Virus record (IMG/VR): IMGVR_UViG_3300033997_000092
Span: 186,001-250,000 of that record
DNA length: 64,000 nucleotides
Reading direction: 5' to 3' (one strand)
Under the pieces are notes generated by a model, which was not told the DNA's origin, did not search any database, and was given only the letters and a program-made list of their open reading frames with translations. The translations under genes were made by a program, and so were the position numbers. Each line of letters begins with the position of its first letter. Position 1 is the first letter of the stretch. Below are positions 8,541 to 18,433 of this stretch, in pieces.

Positions 8541-9701
8541 CTACGATACTTTGATTGGGAACGGATTCAGGAGTTTGGGAACGATGTTCTCTGTACTCAA
8601 GAATGTGGTACGGTTTAACTCAATTTTTCCAGGACCTGTGCCAACTTCCGCAAGAATCATAGGATAGTAACTTACATTGGGGCTGAACTTACTGTTCTTA
8701 TCCGTCGCATACGTCGGGAAGCTCGGTGAGTAAGGGGTAATTAATGCCCATGTCGGAGTAAACGAATTGTTTTGCGGTGAAGCTGCTTTACCTAAACCAA
8801 AATCACTTAGATATAACGCCATAGAGCTGCCTTCACTCAAGCTTCCAGTTGACCACGCACGTATCAAGAACTTCGATGCCGTTACAGGGGCGTTTAAAGG
8901 TACTACTATATACGAAGTGTGGTTACCGGTAGAATATGACATAATTCCTACACTGGTCCAAGCAGTATCTGCCTCATTCCTGTAGTAGAACTGAATGTTC
9001 ATCGTTCTTGCACCGCTGCTATGGCCGTTGTTCTGTCCACTAGGTGGATGAATTCTGATTATTATTCTATCTACAGTGATAGGACTCCTATACTCCATAG
9101 CACTGTATCTGTCATTAGCGCGTATATATGAATGACCACCCACATAAGCATAGAGTTCAGGAGAACCATCTAGTCCTGGTCTTGGATCTAACCTTCTAGC
9201 TACTGTATACGTAGCTATGGATATGTCTGAATCTAATATAGGACCCGAGCTTGTATTTCCGTATAGCCAATAGTCCATTGGAAATACTGCGATTGACGAA
9301 TCCATTGTTCCTGAGGACAGAGCGCCTCCGAATGTAGAAGCATTGAAGCTCGTTAATCCTGTAGGAAGGTTTCTCGGGTGGAATATAGTATTTAGTGAGA
9401 GTGCGTCTGTACCAGAATTTACTAAGTTAATCGTATCATTTGCTTCTACGGTAGTTGCCAATTCTGTACTATACGCAATAATACCTTTTGCATTGTATTG
9501 GAGTGCTTTAAGGCGTGTGCCTGTCTCTCCGGTTTGCTGGGAGTCATCCAAGAAAGGCACATTATCAATACTTGAAGGAACGGCACCATCGAACAGAAAA
9601 ATGTTACCGCCGTACGTAACAGAGCTAGTCGCCACATTTTGGCTTACCGCTCTCAGCAATCCGCCTTTAAGACCTATATGCTTCATAAGAAAATTCTCCA
9701 C
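8541..9701 (-). CDS. Long-type array paralog L5 with inserted discoidin/F5-8-like domain
   Basis: IFLFDGAVP ... PTWALI ... EVGTG scaffold; insert with MEYRSPITVDRIII, WTSVG, VTASKFLIR. Confidence 0.7.
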   Translation of the reverse strand: MENFLMKHIGLKGGLLRAVSQNVATSSVTYGGNIFLFDGAVPSSIDNVPFLDDSQQTGETGTRLKALQYNAKGIIAYSTELATTVEANDTINLVNSGTDALSLNTIFHPRNLPTGLTSFNASTFGGALSSGTMDSSIAVFPMDYWLYGNTSSGPILDSDISIATYTVARRLDPRPGLDGSPELYAYVGGHSYIRANDRYSAMEYRSPITVDRIIIRIHPPSGQNNGHSSGARTMNIQFYYRNEADTAWTSVGIMSYSTGNHTSYIVVPLNAPVTASKFLIRAWSTGSLSEGSSMALYLSDFGLGKAASPQNNSFTPTWALITPYSPSFPTYATDKNSKFSPNVSYYPMILAEVGTGPGKIELNRTTFLSTENIVPKLLNPFPIKVS

Positions 9702-9710
9702 ATAATCCTG

Positions 9711-10040
9711 TTAAGGATCGATTTCATTTAATACACATAATTGGTAATACGTATAGGTTATGTCTTCCGATCTATACGCTCCCCGAGAACAACGACCCAC
9801 TACTTCCATGATAGGTTCAGCTAATATGCTGTTTATCGTGAATGTTCCTACTACATAAAACTCGAATGTTGGTGTTGTACCATTTGTTTGCCAGTGGTAT
9901 TGATTACCTTCTTCATCAGCGAAGTACCAGTAATGCCTATTAGATGCAGATAGCCTTTTCTTATAGATTACTTGGCCTTGACTTATACCACATACTTGTA
10001 CAGTTTCTTTTTCTTTCCTATATACATGCTGTGTTATCAT
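9711..10040 (-). CDS. Small paralog family D protein (D1)
   Basis: Start MITQHVY overlaps the upstream stop (ATGA); homologous to 6923-7261. Confidence 0.7.
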   Translation of the reverse strand: MITQHVYRKEKETVQVCGISQGQVIYKKRLSASNRHYWYFADEEGNQYHWQTNGTTPTFEFYVVGTFTINSILAEPIMEVVGRCSRGAYRSEDITYTYYQLCVLNEIDP

Positions 10041-10537
10041 TGTCTGTTTTCTTCCCATGCACGGCATCCCATAAGACGTAAAGCAGAATACATTGCCATT
10101 GTTTTACGTTTAGATACTCCATCTGCAATCAAGCCTAGCCTGAAAATCTGATCAGCTTGTTTCTGGTTAAAGAAATCTCCAGATGGATTTGGAACATCAT
10201 GTCTGTATAGCAGATCATGAATTACAGATGCACGTAATCCAGAGCCGAAAGGTGGAAACAGAGACCAAAGGCTACGTGGGCTACTAATCAAATCTGTTCC
10301 GAATCCTTCCAAAGCAACCAAATCTACTGTGCGGAAGTTACACACGTACGGAGATTCAATTACACATTTCTTGTCCATATCCCAGCAAAACTGAAAACCA
10401 AAGTCTTCAACAAGCTCGAATTTATATCCACCTGGGAATGAATACAACTTTAAATCGCCGACAAACACAGGTGCATGCGGTACACCTTGTTTTGTCTCTG
10501 TGACAGTTATTTCATACATAGAAATTGGAGTGGACAT
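10037..10537 (-). CDS. DUF1353-family protein
   Basis: GFGTDLISSPRSLWSLFPP...ASVIHDLLY...ADQIF...MYSALR is the DUF1353 pattern. Start MSTP has SD GGGAG. Confidence 0.8.
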   Translation of the reverse strand: MSTPISMYEITVTETKQGVPHAPVFVGDLKLYSFPGGYKFELVEDFGFQFCWDMDKKCVIESPYVCNFRTVDLVALEGFGTDLISSPRSLWSLFPPFGSGLRASVIHDLLYRHDVPNPSGDFFNQKQADQIFRLGLIADGVSKRKTMAMYSALRLMGCRAWEENRQ

Positions 10538-10556
10538 TGCTGCCCACTCCCTCATA

Positions 10557-11048
10557 TTATGGAACGCGAATTTCCAAATCTGTTATCTTGTAGACTTTGC
10601 CCGATTCAGATAAAGCAGACAGTACCTCAAGATCAGACCCTGAGCCTATATCACCGACACTTCCAACAAACGCTTGGTACACGTTCGCATTAGTTGTATA
10701 CGTCGGGTTGTTAATCGCGCTATCCACATACATAAACACGAACCAATTCAACGCACCTGAGGAGTGCAGTGTGTAATCCTGAGCTAACGCTTCGAGGCTC
10801 CACTTTTTGAAGTTCTTGTTAATGATCTGGACCGTAGCTGTGTTTGGATATGCAGCACTAAGACGTAACGTACCTAGTGCTTTCAAGCTGTTGCTTTGAA
10901 TTACACCAGATGTTTGAATCAGTGCTTCAATCTGAGCTTTGGTCGGCATAGTACCACCGAACAACCAGATTACTTTCTTTGATGCAGATACTACCTGCTC
11001 ATGTCTGGCTGTAGAAAGATGCTTCATACCTAAAGAGAACTTAGCCAT
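10557..11048 (-). CDS. Short-type array paralog S5
   Basis: IWLFGGTMPTKAQ, LNWFVF, GSVGDIGSGSDLE. Confidence 0.7.
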   Translation of the reverse strand: MAKFSLGMKHLSTARHEQVVSASKKVIWLFGGTMPTKAQIEALIQTSGVIQSNSLKALGTLRLSAAYPNTATVQIINKNFKKWSLEALAQDYTLHSSGALNWFVFMYVDSAINNPTYTTNANVYQAFVGSVGDIGSGSDLEVLSALSESGKVYKITDLEIRVP

Positions 11049-11049
11049 A

Positions 11050-11916
11050 TTAAATCTCCGTTACTTCAGGTTTCAAACGGGCATACATCAAAGCAGCCTG
11101 TTGTTGTGGAAGTATCTGTGCTTTGCTTAAACGCACTTCTGCTGTTGTAGCAGGTCCGCCTGCAGTACAGATCAGGAACGGTGTAGATGCTCCTGCTGGC
11201 ACATAGGCGCTGTTGTATGTAACAGGCTTAATGATTGCCCACGTTGGAACAACAGCACTGTTATTTGGATTCACTGAGGTATAAGGAACGAACTTAGTGA
11301 TACCGCAACTTCCTACAGCAAACCGCACTATCAAACGTGTTGCACCTGGAGCAGATACTGGACGTAATACAGTGCTGCCTATTTGGGTAAACAACTCAGT
11401 TTCAGTTGTGCCGTTGTAGGCAAACACGGTGTACTGAGTGTTGCTATCTGCGGTTACAGTAATGTGTGACACATCTGCTGTATTCCATAGATCGAAGTTT
11501 AATTGGTTTGCGCCAGCCGCCGCAGTGAACGCATATTGAAGTCTCGCAGACAGTACATCCAATTTACGTTCCAGGTTTAAGCTTGGTGTTGTTCCAGTTA
11601 AATCACGCATACCTATAGCATACACAGGTACACCGTTTACCTCAGTTTCTGCTTCGTCGCGGCCTGCAGCAGGATAACCATAAAGGCGCTGTGTCTGAGC
11701 AAATTCCATCATGTGTGATGGAGATACAAGTAACGAAGAAGAAACACGTAAAGCCTCTACTGCATTTTGCAGCAAGCCGCTATCTGTGTTTGGGTCAAAT
11801 GATATTGCTTCTTCGGATTCTGGAACTGTACCTGCAAAAACAAACACGTTCCATCCAGAAGTACCTGCATAGTCCTGCATACTCTGCAAGATATTAGAGT
11901 GACAGAATAAAAACAT
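11050..11916 (-). CDS. Long-type array paralog L4
   Basis: VFVFAGTVPES ... VPTWAII ... CTAGG scaffold around a beta-rich insert. Confidence 0.7.
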   Translation of the reverse strand: MFLFCHSNILQSMQDYAGTSGWNVFVFAGTVPESEEAISFDPNTDSGLLQNAVEALRVSSSLLVSPSHMMEFAQTQRLYGYPAAGRDEAETEVNGVPVYAIGMRDLTGTTPSLNLERKLDVLSARLQYAFTAAAGANQLNFDLWNTADVSHITVTADSNTQYTVFAYNGTTETELFTQIGSTVLRPVSAPGATRLIVRFAVGSCGITKFVPYTSVNPNNSAVVPTWAIIKPVTYNSAYVPAGASTPFLICTAGGPATTAEVRLSKAQILPQQQAALMYARLKPEVTEI

Positions 11917-11917
11917 A

Positions 11918-12463
11918 TTAGCCGCCCCATGTGTAGTTGAATGTCAAGTCGTTGCCTTTCAGCACCTTTGACATATCGATTGCACTTCCAGCAAGGACCA
12001 TATCAGCATTGCTGCCAACATCGCCTATAGTACCGATACCAACAAAGTAAGCAGGCTGGCTCGAGGTCATATCAACAGCAGCCGTAGCACAAGTTGCGAA
12101 CAAGAACCAACTAACTGTACCGCCAGAAATTTTAGTAAATTCTTCAGCACGTTCACTCAGAGGGAAACGGAACTTGGTCGGACCTATGTTGTGACCTTGT
12201 AGTGTGTTCTCATAACGGCACCACGCCTTCAACGTACTGCCTAATGCTACTGCCCACTGATTTAACAGAGTCAGGCTGTACTGGCCACGCACTGTACTGA
12301 ACTGAATACCTGAACCGGCAACAGTGCTAAACATAGCCGCTTCAAATTGTGCTTTGGTAGGCATCGGGCCATTATAAATAGCCATCATCTTGCGGTACGC
12401 ACCTGAAGTAACGTAATCAGCGTTTGCTAAAGGTACTAAACCGTCCGTTGCTAAAATTGTCAT
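11918..12463 (-). CDS. Short-type array paralog S4
   Basis: AIYNGPMPTKAQ, GTVSWFLF, GTIGDVGSNADM. Confidence 0.7.
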   Translation of the reverse strand: MTILATDGLVPLANADYVTSGAYRKMMAIYNGPMPTKAQFEAAMFSTVAGSGIQFSTVRGQYSLTLLNQWAVALGSTLKAWCRYENTLQGHNIGPTKFRFPLSERAEEFTKISGGTVSWFLFATCATAAVDMTSSQPAYFVGIGTIGDVGSNADMVLAGSAIDMSKVLKGNDLTFNYTWGG

Positions 12464-12474
12464 GCGAAGGCTCC

Positions 12475-13416
12475 TTACTCTACTTCGTTAACTACGTTGC
12501 CGAACACTTTCAGGTGAACCAGCGAGAAACTATCACTGATGCCTGCACGACGACGATTTAATACAGCTACTTTACCGTCAAGTGGACCACCTGCACTCAG
12601 CACCATAGCAGGCACCTGTGTAGCATCGGCAGACTTGTAAGTTGCTGTTGTTGGGTTAGCTGGAACCAATACACACCACGTTACGTCTGTAGTAGTTTTG
12701 TCGAACGTGTTTGATGGCAGCTCACTCGCAAAGAAACGAATGAAGCGATACTGCAATGTGTTAGCGGCCACTGTACCTGTATCATTCAGGAAACGAACAC
12801 GCCACAGACGCGCACTAATTGGAGCGAATGTAATTTCAATGCCCGCAGCGTTGTATGTTTTCACTGCTACGTTTGATGCCGCTGGAACCCATACAGATCC
12901 ATCGTAGTATTCGACGTTGATGTTGCTGGCATTACGAGTGGTTGCACTCATGTTAGCAAACAGTACCTTGTTGATACTGCACACATCGCCAAAATCAAAT
13001 TGAATGAAACGACCTGTGACTAAGTGTGTCGATGCTGTTGCTGTAACGGCGCTATCCTCTAAGCCATTAACATAGCCAACAGGTTCATCCATACCAGGAA
13101 TGTCAGTAGATATTGCCTGAGGCAAACACTGTATACCTGCAGTACCGTTATTGAGGCGTTCTCCGTGCATTTTCAAAGTAAACAAGGTCGACGCATGTTC
13201 AAAAGCTAACAGTTCTTGGCCGTAACCAGCGCTGTTAACCGCAGTAACACGAATACCAGCAATAGCATTGGCGAAGATACTGTCCATGTTAGCTAACTGG
13301 AATGGAAACGTACCCATAGACTCAGGTACTGTTCCTGACATTAAAAACATATTCCAGGCAGTGCCTCCTTTAAGAAGCATAGACTGAGCTTGAGCAAATT
13401 GTGCGGCTACGTACAT
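12475..13416 (-). CDS. Long-type array paralog L3 with discoidin/F5-8-like insert
   Basis: MFLMSGTVPES scaffold; FIQFDFG..VEYYDGSVW..ISARLWRVRF insert; VTWCVL..LSAGG. Confidence 0.72.
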   Translation of the reverse strand: MYVAAQFAQAQSMLLKGGTAWNMFLMSGTVPESMGTFPFQLANMDSIFANAIAGIRVTAVNSAGYGQELLAFEHASTLFTLKMHGERLNNGTAGIQCLPQAISTDIPGMDEPVGYVNGLEDSAVTATASTHLVTGRFIQFDFGDVCSINKVLFANMSATTRNASNINVEYYDGSVWVPAASNVAVKTYNAAGIEITFAPISARLWRVRFLNDTGTVAANTLQYRFIRFFASELPSNTFDKTTTDVTWCVLVPANPTTATYKSADATQVPAMVLSAGGPLDGKVAVLNRRRAGISDSFSLVHLKVFGNVVNEVE

Positions 13417-13426
13417 AACTCTTACC

Positions 13427-13969
13427 TTATGTCAGTGAGAAATTAAATTCTGAAGTGGATGCTTCCATCAGAACTACAGTGATTGGCGATACAGTTATTT
13501 CCATGGAGGATACATCGCTATAGAATATTTCACGCACTGCAGGTGATGTAGAGAATTGTGATTCACCTTCACCTACCAATGTAATACGTGAATCCAACAA
13601 GCGTCCATCGAGATACTGTTCAGGCGTTACGTTGACTGTGATGTTATTCGCATCATAAGTAGCAATGTTTGACTTATACCCAAGCATTTCATTCAGGTTA
13701 AAGTCTTCAGGTGCACCAAAGAAGTACAGACCTATATAACCGTAGAACAGACTTGTATCTTGATTGAGTGTAGCTTCCGCTTCTTGGAAAACACTCAACG
13801 ATACTTGGATACCATTGATGTCAATGTTCTGGTCGATTTCACTTGTTATAAGTGGGCGGAAGTTAGTGTCTCCTTCCAGTACACCCAACATAGTTGTTGA
13901 GATTGTGTCTGGAAAAAGTACACCAGGCTCGAACCGTTGAGCATAGTAATTATGAACTTGGATAAACAT
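13427..13969 (-). CDS. Array family C protein (C2)
   Basis: N-terminal RFEPGVLF and C-terminal IFYSDV..VSPI are shared with 16090-16431. Confidence 0.6.
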   Translation of the reverse strand: MFIQVHNYYAQRFEPGVLFPDTISTTMLGVLEGDTNFRPLITSEIDQNIDINGIQVSLSVFQEAEATLNQDTSLFYGYIGLYFFGAPEDFNLNEMLGYKSNIATYDANNITVNVTPEQYLDGRLLDSRITLVGEGESQFSTSPAVREIFYSDVSSMEITVSPITVVLMEASTSEFNFSLT

Positions 13970-13972
13970 AAA

Positions 13973-14509
13973 TTACCCCAGCAGGTTACTGATGTTCACA
14001 CGGAAGTCAGCTATACTGTATTTCTTACCTACAGTTACAGCCAGTGAGCCTACTTTAATGTCTTCTGTTGATGCTGGTAATCCTACAGTACAACAGAATA
14101 ATGTTCTGGCACTTGTAGTTGCTGATCCGTGTAAAGCTATTACCATAAGGCCCACATCACCAGCAGCAAGACCTTGCATGAAGTCAGTACGTTGGCTGAA
14201 CAAGAACGCTGCTCCTGAAGGACCTTCATGGCGCTTTTGTGTGAATGACGTCATCGCAGTAATAGCACCCGCAGTTGTTACCACAGAACCCAAGCGAGTT
14301 CGCGTAGACACCAGATTGGTATTCACTAAATCTAAGTTGATAATACCAGTCGTAGCGTTTTTAGCAGTGCCATTTATATAGTTCATTTCAGCAGGAGTAA
14401 TTGCAGGACCTGTGTAAAAGAAAATCGATACACGATCTGTATTCGCTAAATCGTTCCTGTGGAATGGGTACTTCAAGAAACTCAACATCGTCTTATTTGC
14501 TAAAAGCAT
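13973..14509 (-). CDS. Short-type array paralog S3
   Basis: MLLANK, FFYTGP, CTVGLPAS; closest to S2. Confidence 0.7.
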   Translation of the reverse strand: MLLANKTMLSFLKYPFHRNDLANTDRVSIFFYTGPAITPAEMNYINGTAKNATTGIINLDLVNTNLVSTRTRLGSVVTTAGAITAMTSFTQKRHEGPSGAAFLFSQRTDFMQGLAAGDVGLMVIALHGSATTSARTLFCCTVGLPASTEDIKVGSLAVTVGKKYSIADFRVNISNLLG

Positions 14510-15057
14510 TACGACTCTCCTAATAAGTCTGTCAGCCTGACATACATATCATTCACACGGATTACATCGTTGGCTGCAATTGTTGTATTTTCTATCTCAA
14601 TCTCTTTGCCAGATCCAGGTAGACCTACTGTCATAAGTACCGCTGCGTGAATAGGACCGTTGTAGTTGTCGTACAGCATACACAACATTAGTCCAGTCGT
14701 ACCTGCTTGAAAACCTTTCAGTACCGAGGTCACTACTGGCCGCAAACGTAAACAGAACTCGTCTACTGTATTGCCATACGCTTTGTTCACTAACAACTGA
14801 CCGCTAACCGTAGTTCCACTGATAGAAGTGTAGGCTAAGTAACGGCGAATGCTGTTTAAATATGTTGTGAACGCACTGCCTCCTGCCATTGCCCCCGTTC
14901 CAGTTGTAACAGCAGTTTTAAGTGCGGCTAATTCTCCTGCAGTCAGTTCTGGACCTTCGTACAGGTAAGTCACTGCGTAACTTGCAAATGCTCCGCCTGC
15001 TGCCGCCCGGAAAGGATTCATCAAATAGGCAGTCATGCCTTTGTTTGCTAAGAACAT
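14509..15057 (-). CDS. Short-type array paralog S2
   Basis: MFLANK, YLYEGP, MTVGLPGSG. Confidence 0.7.
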   Translation of the reverse strand: MFLANKGMTAYLMNPFRAAAGGAFASYAVTYLYEGPELTAGELAALKTAVTTGTGAMAGGSAFTTYLNSIRRYLAYTSISGTTVSGQLLVNKAYGNTVDEFCLRLRPVVTSVLKGFQAGTTGLMLCMLYDNYNGPIHAAVLMTVGLPGSGKEIEIENTTIAANDVIRVNDMYVRLTDLLGES

Positions 15058-15074
15058 TAGGACTCTCCTATTTA

Positions 15075-16082
15075 TTAGAACAACTGCCCGTAAGCTAAGT
15101 ACAGATCAAACTTACTATCGTTGTTGGCTTGCACAGGAGCGTTGAAGCGCAGACGTCCATTTCCACCAATACCAGAAGCACTTACCAAGAAACAGAAATC
15201 ATCTGTGTCAAACGGGCTATTGCCGTAAGAGTCAATCAGTTTTGCCTTTAAATTTGTCAACACTGTTGCTGATGTGAAATCAGGAACGATAACTGCCCAA
15301 GTAGGAACAGCTAAGTTGTATTGTACATCACCAGCTTCATAATCAAACTTACCGAAGTAGGCAAATGCCATAAGCACGGTACCTGCTGTACCTGACGCCA
15401 GTTTACGAATACGGAAGCGTGTTGCAGTTACTTCTGGGAAGCGAATGATTTGGTAACCTGTTACGTTCAGTACAGAAGTAACCAGCTCTACCCAAGCACT
15501 ACCGTTATAGTATTCGATGACCATCTGACGCATAAACGTGTTTGCAGCAGTACCTTGTTTGATACCGAAGCAGTTAACGTCTATAGGACGATTATATTCA
15601 AATTCAAAAACTTCGTTGGTGTTTGTGCTTACAGTCACATAACTTGTTGTCAGACCTGCGAAGTTTGCTTCGGAACTCTGCTTGTACATAAACAGTTCAA
15701 ACAGTTTGTGGTCACGGTAATCACCATACGCTTTAAAATTCGATGGGCCATAAACCAAGTGATTGGCGAAATTGGTACTTACAACACTTCCGCCTTGATA
15801 CACGTTCACAGTCTCACCAGCATATTTGGCAACTATGTCTGCGCCTTTCAACAAAGAACTACGCTGAGTCAATTGCACTTCAGATACAGATGGATACGAC
15901 AGTGTTGCCAGGAAAGCGTTTTTGCAGTTTTGGATAAGGTTAGCTGCGTTTGGAGCAAAACCAATACCATCGAAATCTGTAGGAGGTGTGCCTTCGAAAG
16001 CATACACCAGCATGTTTGTGTTTGCTGGAAAGTTTACTTGCATACCAGCAATCATTGTTTCAGTTGCGCCAAATACGTGCAT
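15075..16082 (-). CDS. Long-type array paralog L2 with discoidin/F5-8-like insert
   Basis: VYAFEGTPP scaffold; FEFEYNRPIDV..IEYYNGSAWV..VTATRFRIR; VPTWAVI. Confidence 0.72.
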   Translation of the reverse strand: MHVFGATETMIAGMQVNFPANTNMLVYAFEGTPPTDFDGIGFAPNAANLIQNCKNAFLATLSYPSVSEVQLTQRSSLLKGADIVAKYAGETVNVYQGGSVVSTNFANHLVYGPSNFKAYGDYRDHKLFELFMYKQSSEANFAGLTTSYVTVSTNTNEVFEFEYNRPIDVNCFGIKQGTAANTFMRQMVIEYYNGSAWVELVTSVLNVTGYQIIRFPEVTATRFRIRKLASGTAGTVLMAFAYFGKFDYEAGDVQYNLAVPTWAVIVPDFTSATVLTNLKAKLIDSYGNSPFDTDDFCFLVSASGIGGNGRLRFNAPVQANNDSKFDLYLAYGQLF

Positions 16083-16089
16083 GTTTACC

Positions 16090-16431
16090 TCACGATAAGT
16101 TTAACACTATTGTAAAATTACTCGATTGTCCGACCGAAGCAACGATTGGTGTGACACCAGCTTCAAAATCTAAGACATCGCCATAGAAGAATCCATCTAA
16201 CACAACTGGACTCACATTAACAGTGAAGTTAGCAACACTGTCTTGGTAAAACAGATTGTTTTCATTTTGACTTGCATTCGGGAATAAAGGAGCACTCACT
16301 CCTTCGAGAGGCCTCAAAATTCTAAATGTCTTTGGGTCCAGCGCTACAGATACCTCTACTGTCTCACCAAACAAAGCACCAGAATCAAAACCAGGACCAT
16401 AACGTCCACTTGCTTTTACTAAGTTGCTCAT
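16090..16431 (-). CDS. Array family C protein (C1)
   Basis: GFDSGALF and FFYGDV..VTPI are shared with C2. Confidence 0.6.
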   Translation of the reverse strand: MSNLVKASGRYGPGFDSGALFGETVEVSVALDPKTFRILRPLEGVSAPLFPNASQNENNLFYQDSVANFTVNVSPVVLDGFFYGDVLDFEAGVTPIVASVGQSSNFTIVLNLS

Positions 16432-16931
16432 ATCACGTGCCTCACTTTAAAGTTCAATGCACGGTATGTTTGACCTAATGTCATAGATGGATTGTTGATT
16501 TTCAAATCACCATCATCATTTAAGTCCGTTATAGTTCCTTTCATTGAGAACAGTGAATTACCGTTTACGTTGTAGGCTACGTTTGATGCACGGTCATACA
16601 GCAAGAACCAGTCAGGTACTCCAGAGGTCAGTACAGTTACAGGAACTCTGCCTAACTGAAAGTTTATATTCAAGTCAGGTGCACTTCCTATATTTGGATA
16701 GGTTGCTTTATCAATATCGATGTAACCAACTATCTTACCTCCACGTGCAACAATAGCAGAGTACAGTCCTGCAAAGCTGCCGAGAAAAGGATTAGATGTG
16801 TTAGTTATGTAAGCACCAACTTCCTGTGCAGTCATATAACCTTTTTCAATCAACACGAACTGATAACGAAAGCCTGAATTTTTCAAAGGATATTGGTAGA
16901 TTAATGCAGCCGCATCTTTATTCATTCTCAT
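16428..16931 (-). CDS. Short-type array paralog S1
   Basis: Start MRMNK overlaps the L1 stop (ATGA); VPDWFLL, GTITDLNDDGDLKI. Confidence 0.68.
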   Translation of the reverse strand: MRMNKDAAALIYQYPLKNSGFRYQFVLIEKGYMTAQEVGAYITNTSNPFLGSFAGLYSAIVARGGKIVGYIDIDKATYPNIGSAPDLNINFQLGRVPVTVLTSGVPDWFLLYDRASNVAYNVNGNSLFSMKGTITDLNDDGDLKINNPSMTLGQTYRALNFKVRHVI

Positions 16932-17845
16932 GTTGCAGTTGCCTCCAGCTTTATGTCTTCTGTTATGAAAACAATAGGAGTATAAACAGACGGCTCTTCC
17001 CTGTTTGTTTCGCATTCTGATTTATCGAATGCAAATACTGGACACCGAGTTGTTGACCAATCTAACGCAGTAGGATATCCTAAGATATTGTACATGATTG
17101 GACAAAGAAGGATTGTTTGTATTGGACGAGATACGCAGCGTCTCTGGTCTGTTGTAGCGTAGAATGTGTCAATTGACCATCCTACTTGGCCAGCACTAGC
17201 AACAGCAACAGTCAGTTTTATGCCTGAGCATACGCGCTCAACCAATCCACTTACTATATTTGTCCCAGAGCCTACAATCAAACCCAAGTCTTGCCAACTT
17301 CCATTCACAAGACACTCAAGGCGTACTGATGTTGGGCGTTGGTTTGTAGCACTGGCTATACCTGGAGCGTATTTAACATCTTTCACAAAGCACGGTTCAA
17401 ATGTCTGCACTATTTCAGCAGATATGAAATCCGTTCCCCATACAATTGGAATGTTCCTTTGTGGAGCAGCCAAGCTGTAGTGTGGCGTGTAGAATGCGAA
17501 TATGTCTCTTGGGACAGTTGTGCCAAAGTACATTGATTCAGGACAAACACGTATTTCTTGCTGACCGTCGTCACTATAGGCTCCTAAGTGTTTAACCAAA
17601 GGCGCTCCATATGTTGTAGTCAACTTGTTGTAAGATATTGTCCCTAATCTGCCTGCCGCAGACAATGTATGTGAGGCAATGCAATGTTCGGTGAAATACT
17701 TCAGAGCTTCTGGTGAAGCTGGAGATTCCATCAGAATATCCAACTCACTTGTATCCATGAACAATGCAAGCCACGTATAAGCTGACCCAGATTGTCCTGC
17801 TAGTCCATTAGCAATACTTGCGTTCCAGTGAATTAATTCCATCAA
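16928..17845 (-). CDS. Long-type array paralog L1 (most divergent)
   Basis: 305 aa; insert with RLECLVNGSWQDLG...SGIKLTV; first gene of the array. Confidence 0.55.
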   Translation of the reverse strand: MMELIHWNASIANGLAGQSGSAYTWLALFMDTSELDILMESPASPEALKYFTEHCIASHTLSAAGRLGTISYNKLTTTYGAPLVKHLGAYSDDGQQEIRVCPESMYFGTTVPRDIFAFYTPHYSLAAPQRNIPIVWGTDFISAEIVQTFEPCFVKDVKYAPGIASATNQRPTSVRLECLVNGSWQDLGLIVGSGTNIVSGLVERVCSGIKLTVAVASAGQVGWSIDTFYATTDQRRCVSRPIQTILLCPIMYNILGYPTALDWSTTRCPVFAFDKSECETNREEPSVYTPIVFITEDIKLEATAT

Positions 17846-17866
17846 GAATCTCCAACGTAGGACTGC

Positions 17867-18433
17867 TTAACGTGGAACTACCAGGTTACCGCAGATGGTG
17901 ATGTCGATATTTGCTAATGTTGCGTCACGAATCTCAGGAGACTTCATACGGAATATTTGACCACGTTCAAATACTATTGAAGTACCGCCTGTAGATGCAA
18001 ACACGCCTGAAGTGGCACCAGCAGCAAACGTCAGTGTGCCTACTTGGGTCGCTACTCCACCTACCACACGCTCAACAATGAATTGAGAAGTTGCAGTTGC
18101 CGCAGTTGTTGCTACAGCCAGAGAGTTTGCAAAGTTTGCACCAATTTGGAAAGTACGTGCGGCTATGTGTTTACACACAATGTCCAAAGACTTCGGACGG
18201 TCGAATATAGTTAGACCTATATCATATACGTCGAATTCAGTGTTTTCCGCCAGCACCCACTTGTTCAATTGGGCATTGAAAATGTATACGCCATTCGTGA
18301 TAACCACACTGCCTATTACTTCAAACAGTTGTTTATCGACAGCACCGACAACAGAAGGCAATACTGAGCCACTGTTTTCTGCTGTACGGGACAGGCGACT
18401 TGATTCTAACAAGCTTAAACCATCAGATAACAT
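17867..18433 (-). CDS. Putative virion fibre-associated protein
   Basis: C-terminal VGTLTFAAG...FERGQIFRMKSP..DATLANIDIT resembles phage fibre accessory domains; SD AAGGAG. Confidence 0.5.
   Translation of the reverse strand: MLSDGLSLLESSRLSRTAENSGSVLPSVVGAVDKQLFEVIGSVVITNGVYIFNAQLNKWVLAENTEFDVYDIGLTIFDRPKSLDIVCKHIAARTFQIGANFANSLAVATTAATATSQFIVERVVGGVATQVGTLTFAAGATSGVFASTGGTSIVFERGQIFRMKSPEIRDATLANIDITICGNLVVPR

Noticed and set aside
15450-16115. Long antisense ORFs in the track (e.g. 15450-16115, 19600-19911, 40971-41822 and many shorter ones)
   Set aside because: They lie wholly opposite well-supported genes, lack SD sequences and motifs, and are expected from the sense-strand codon bias.
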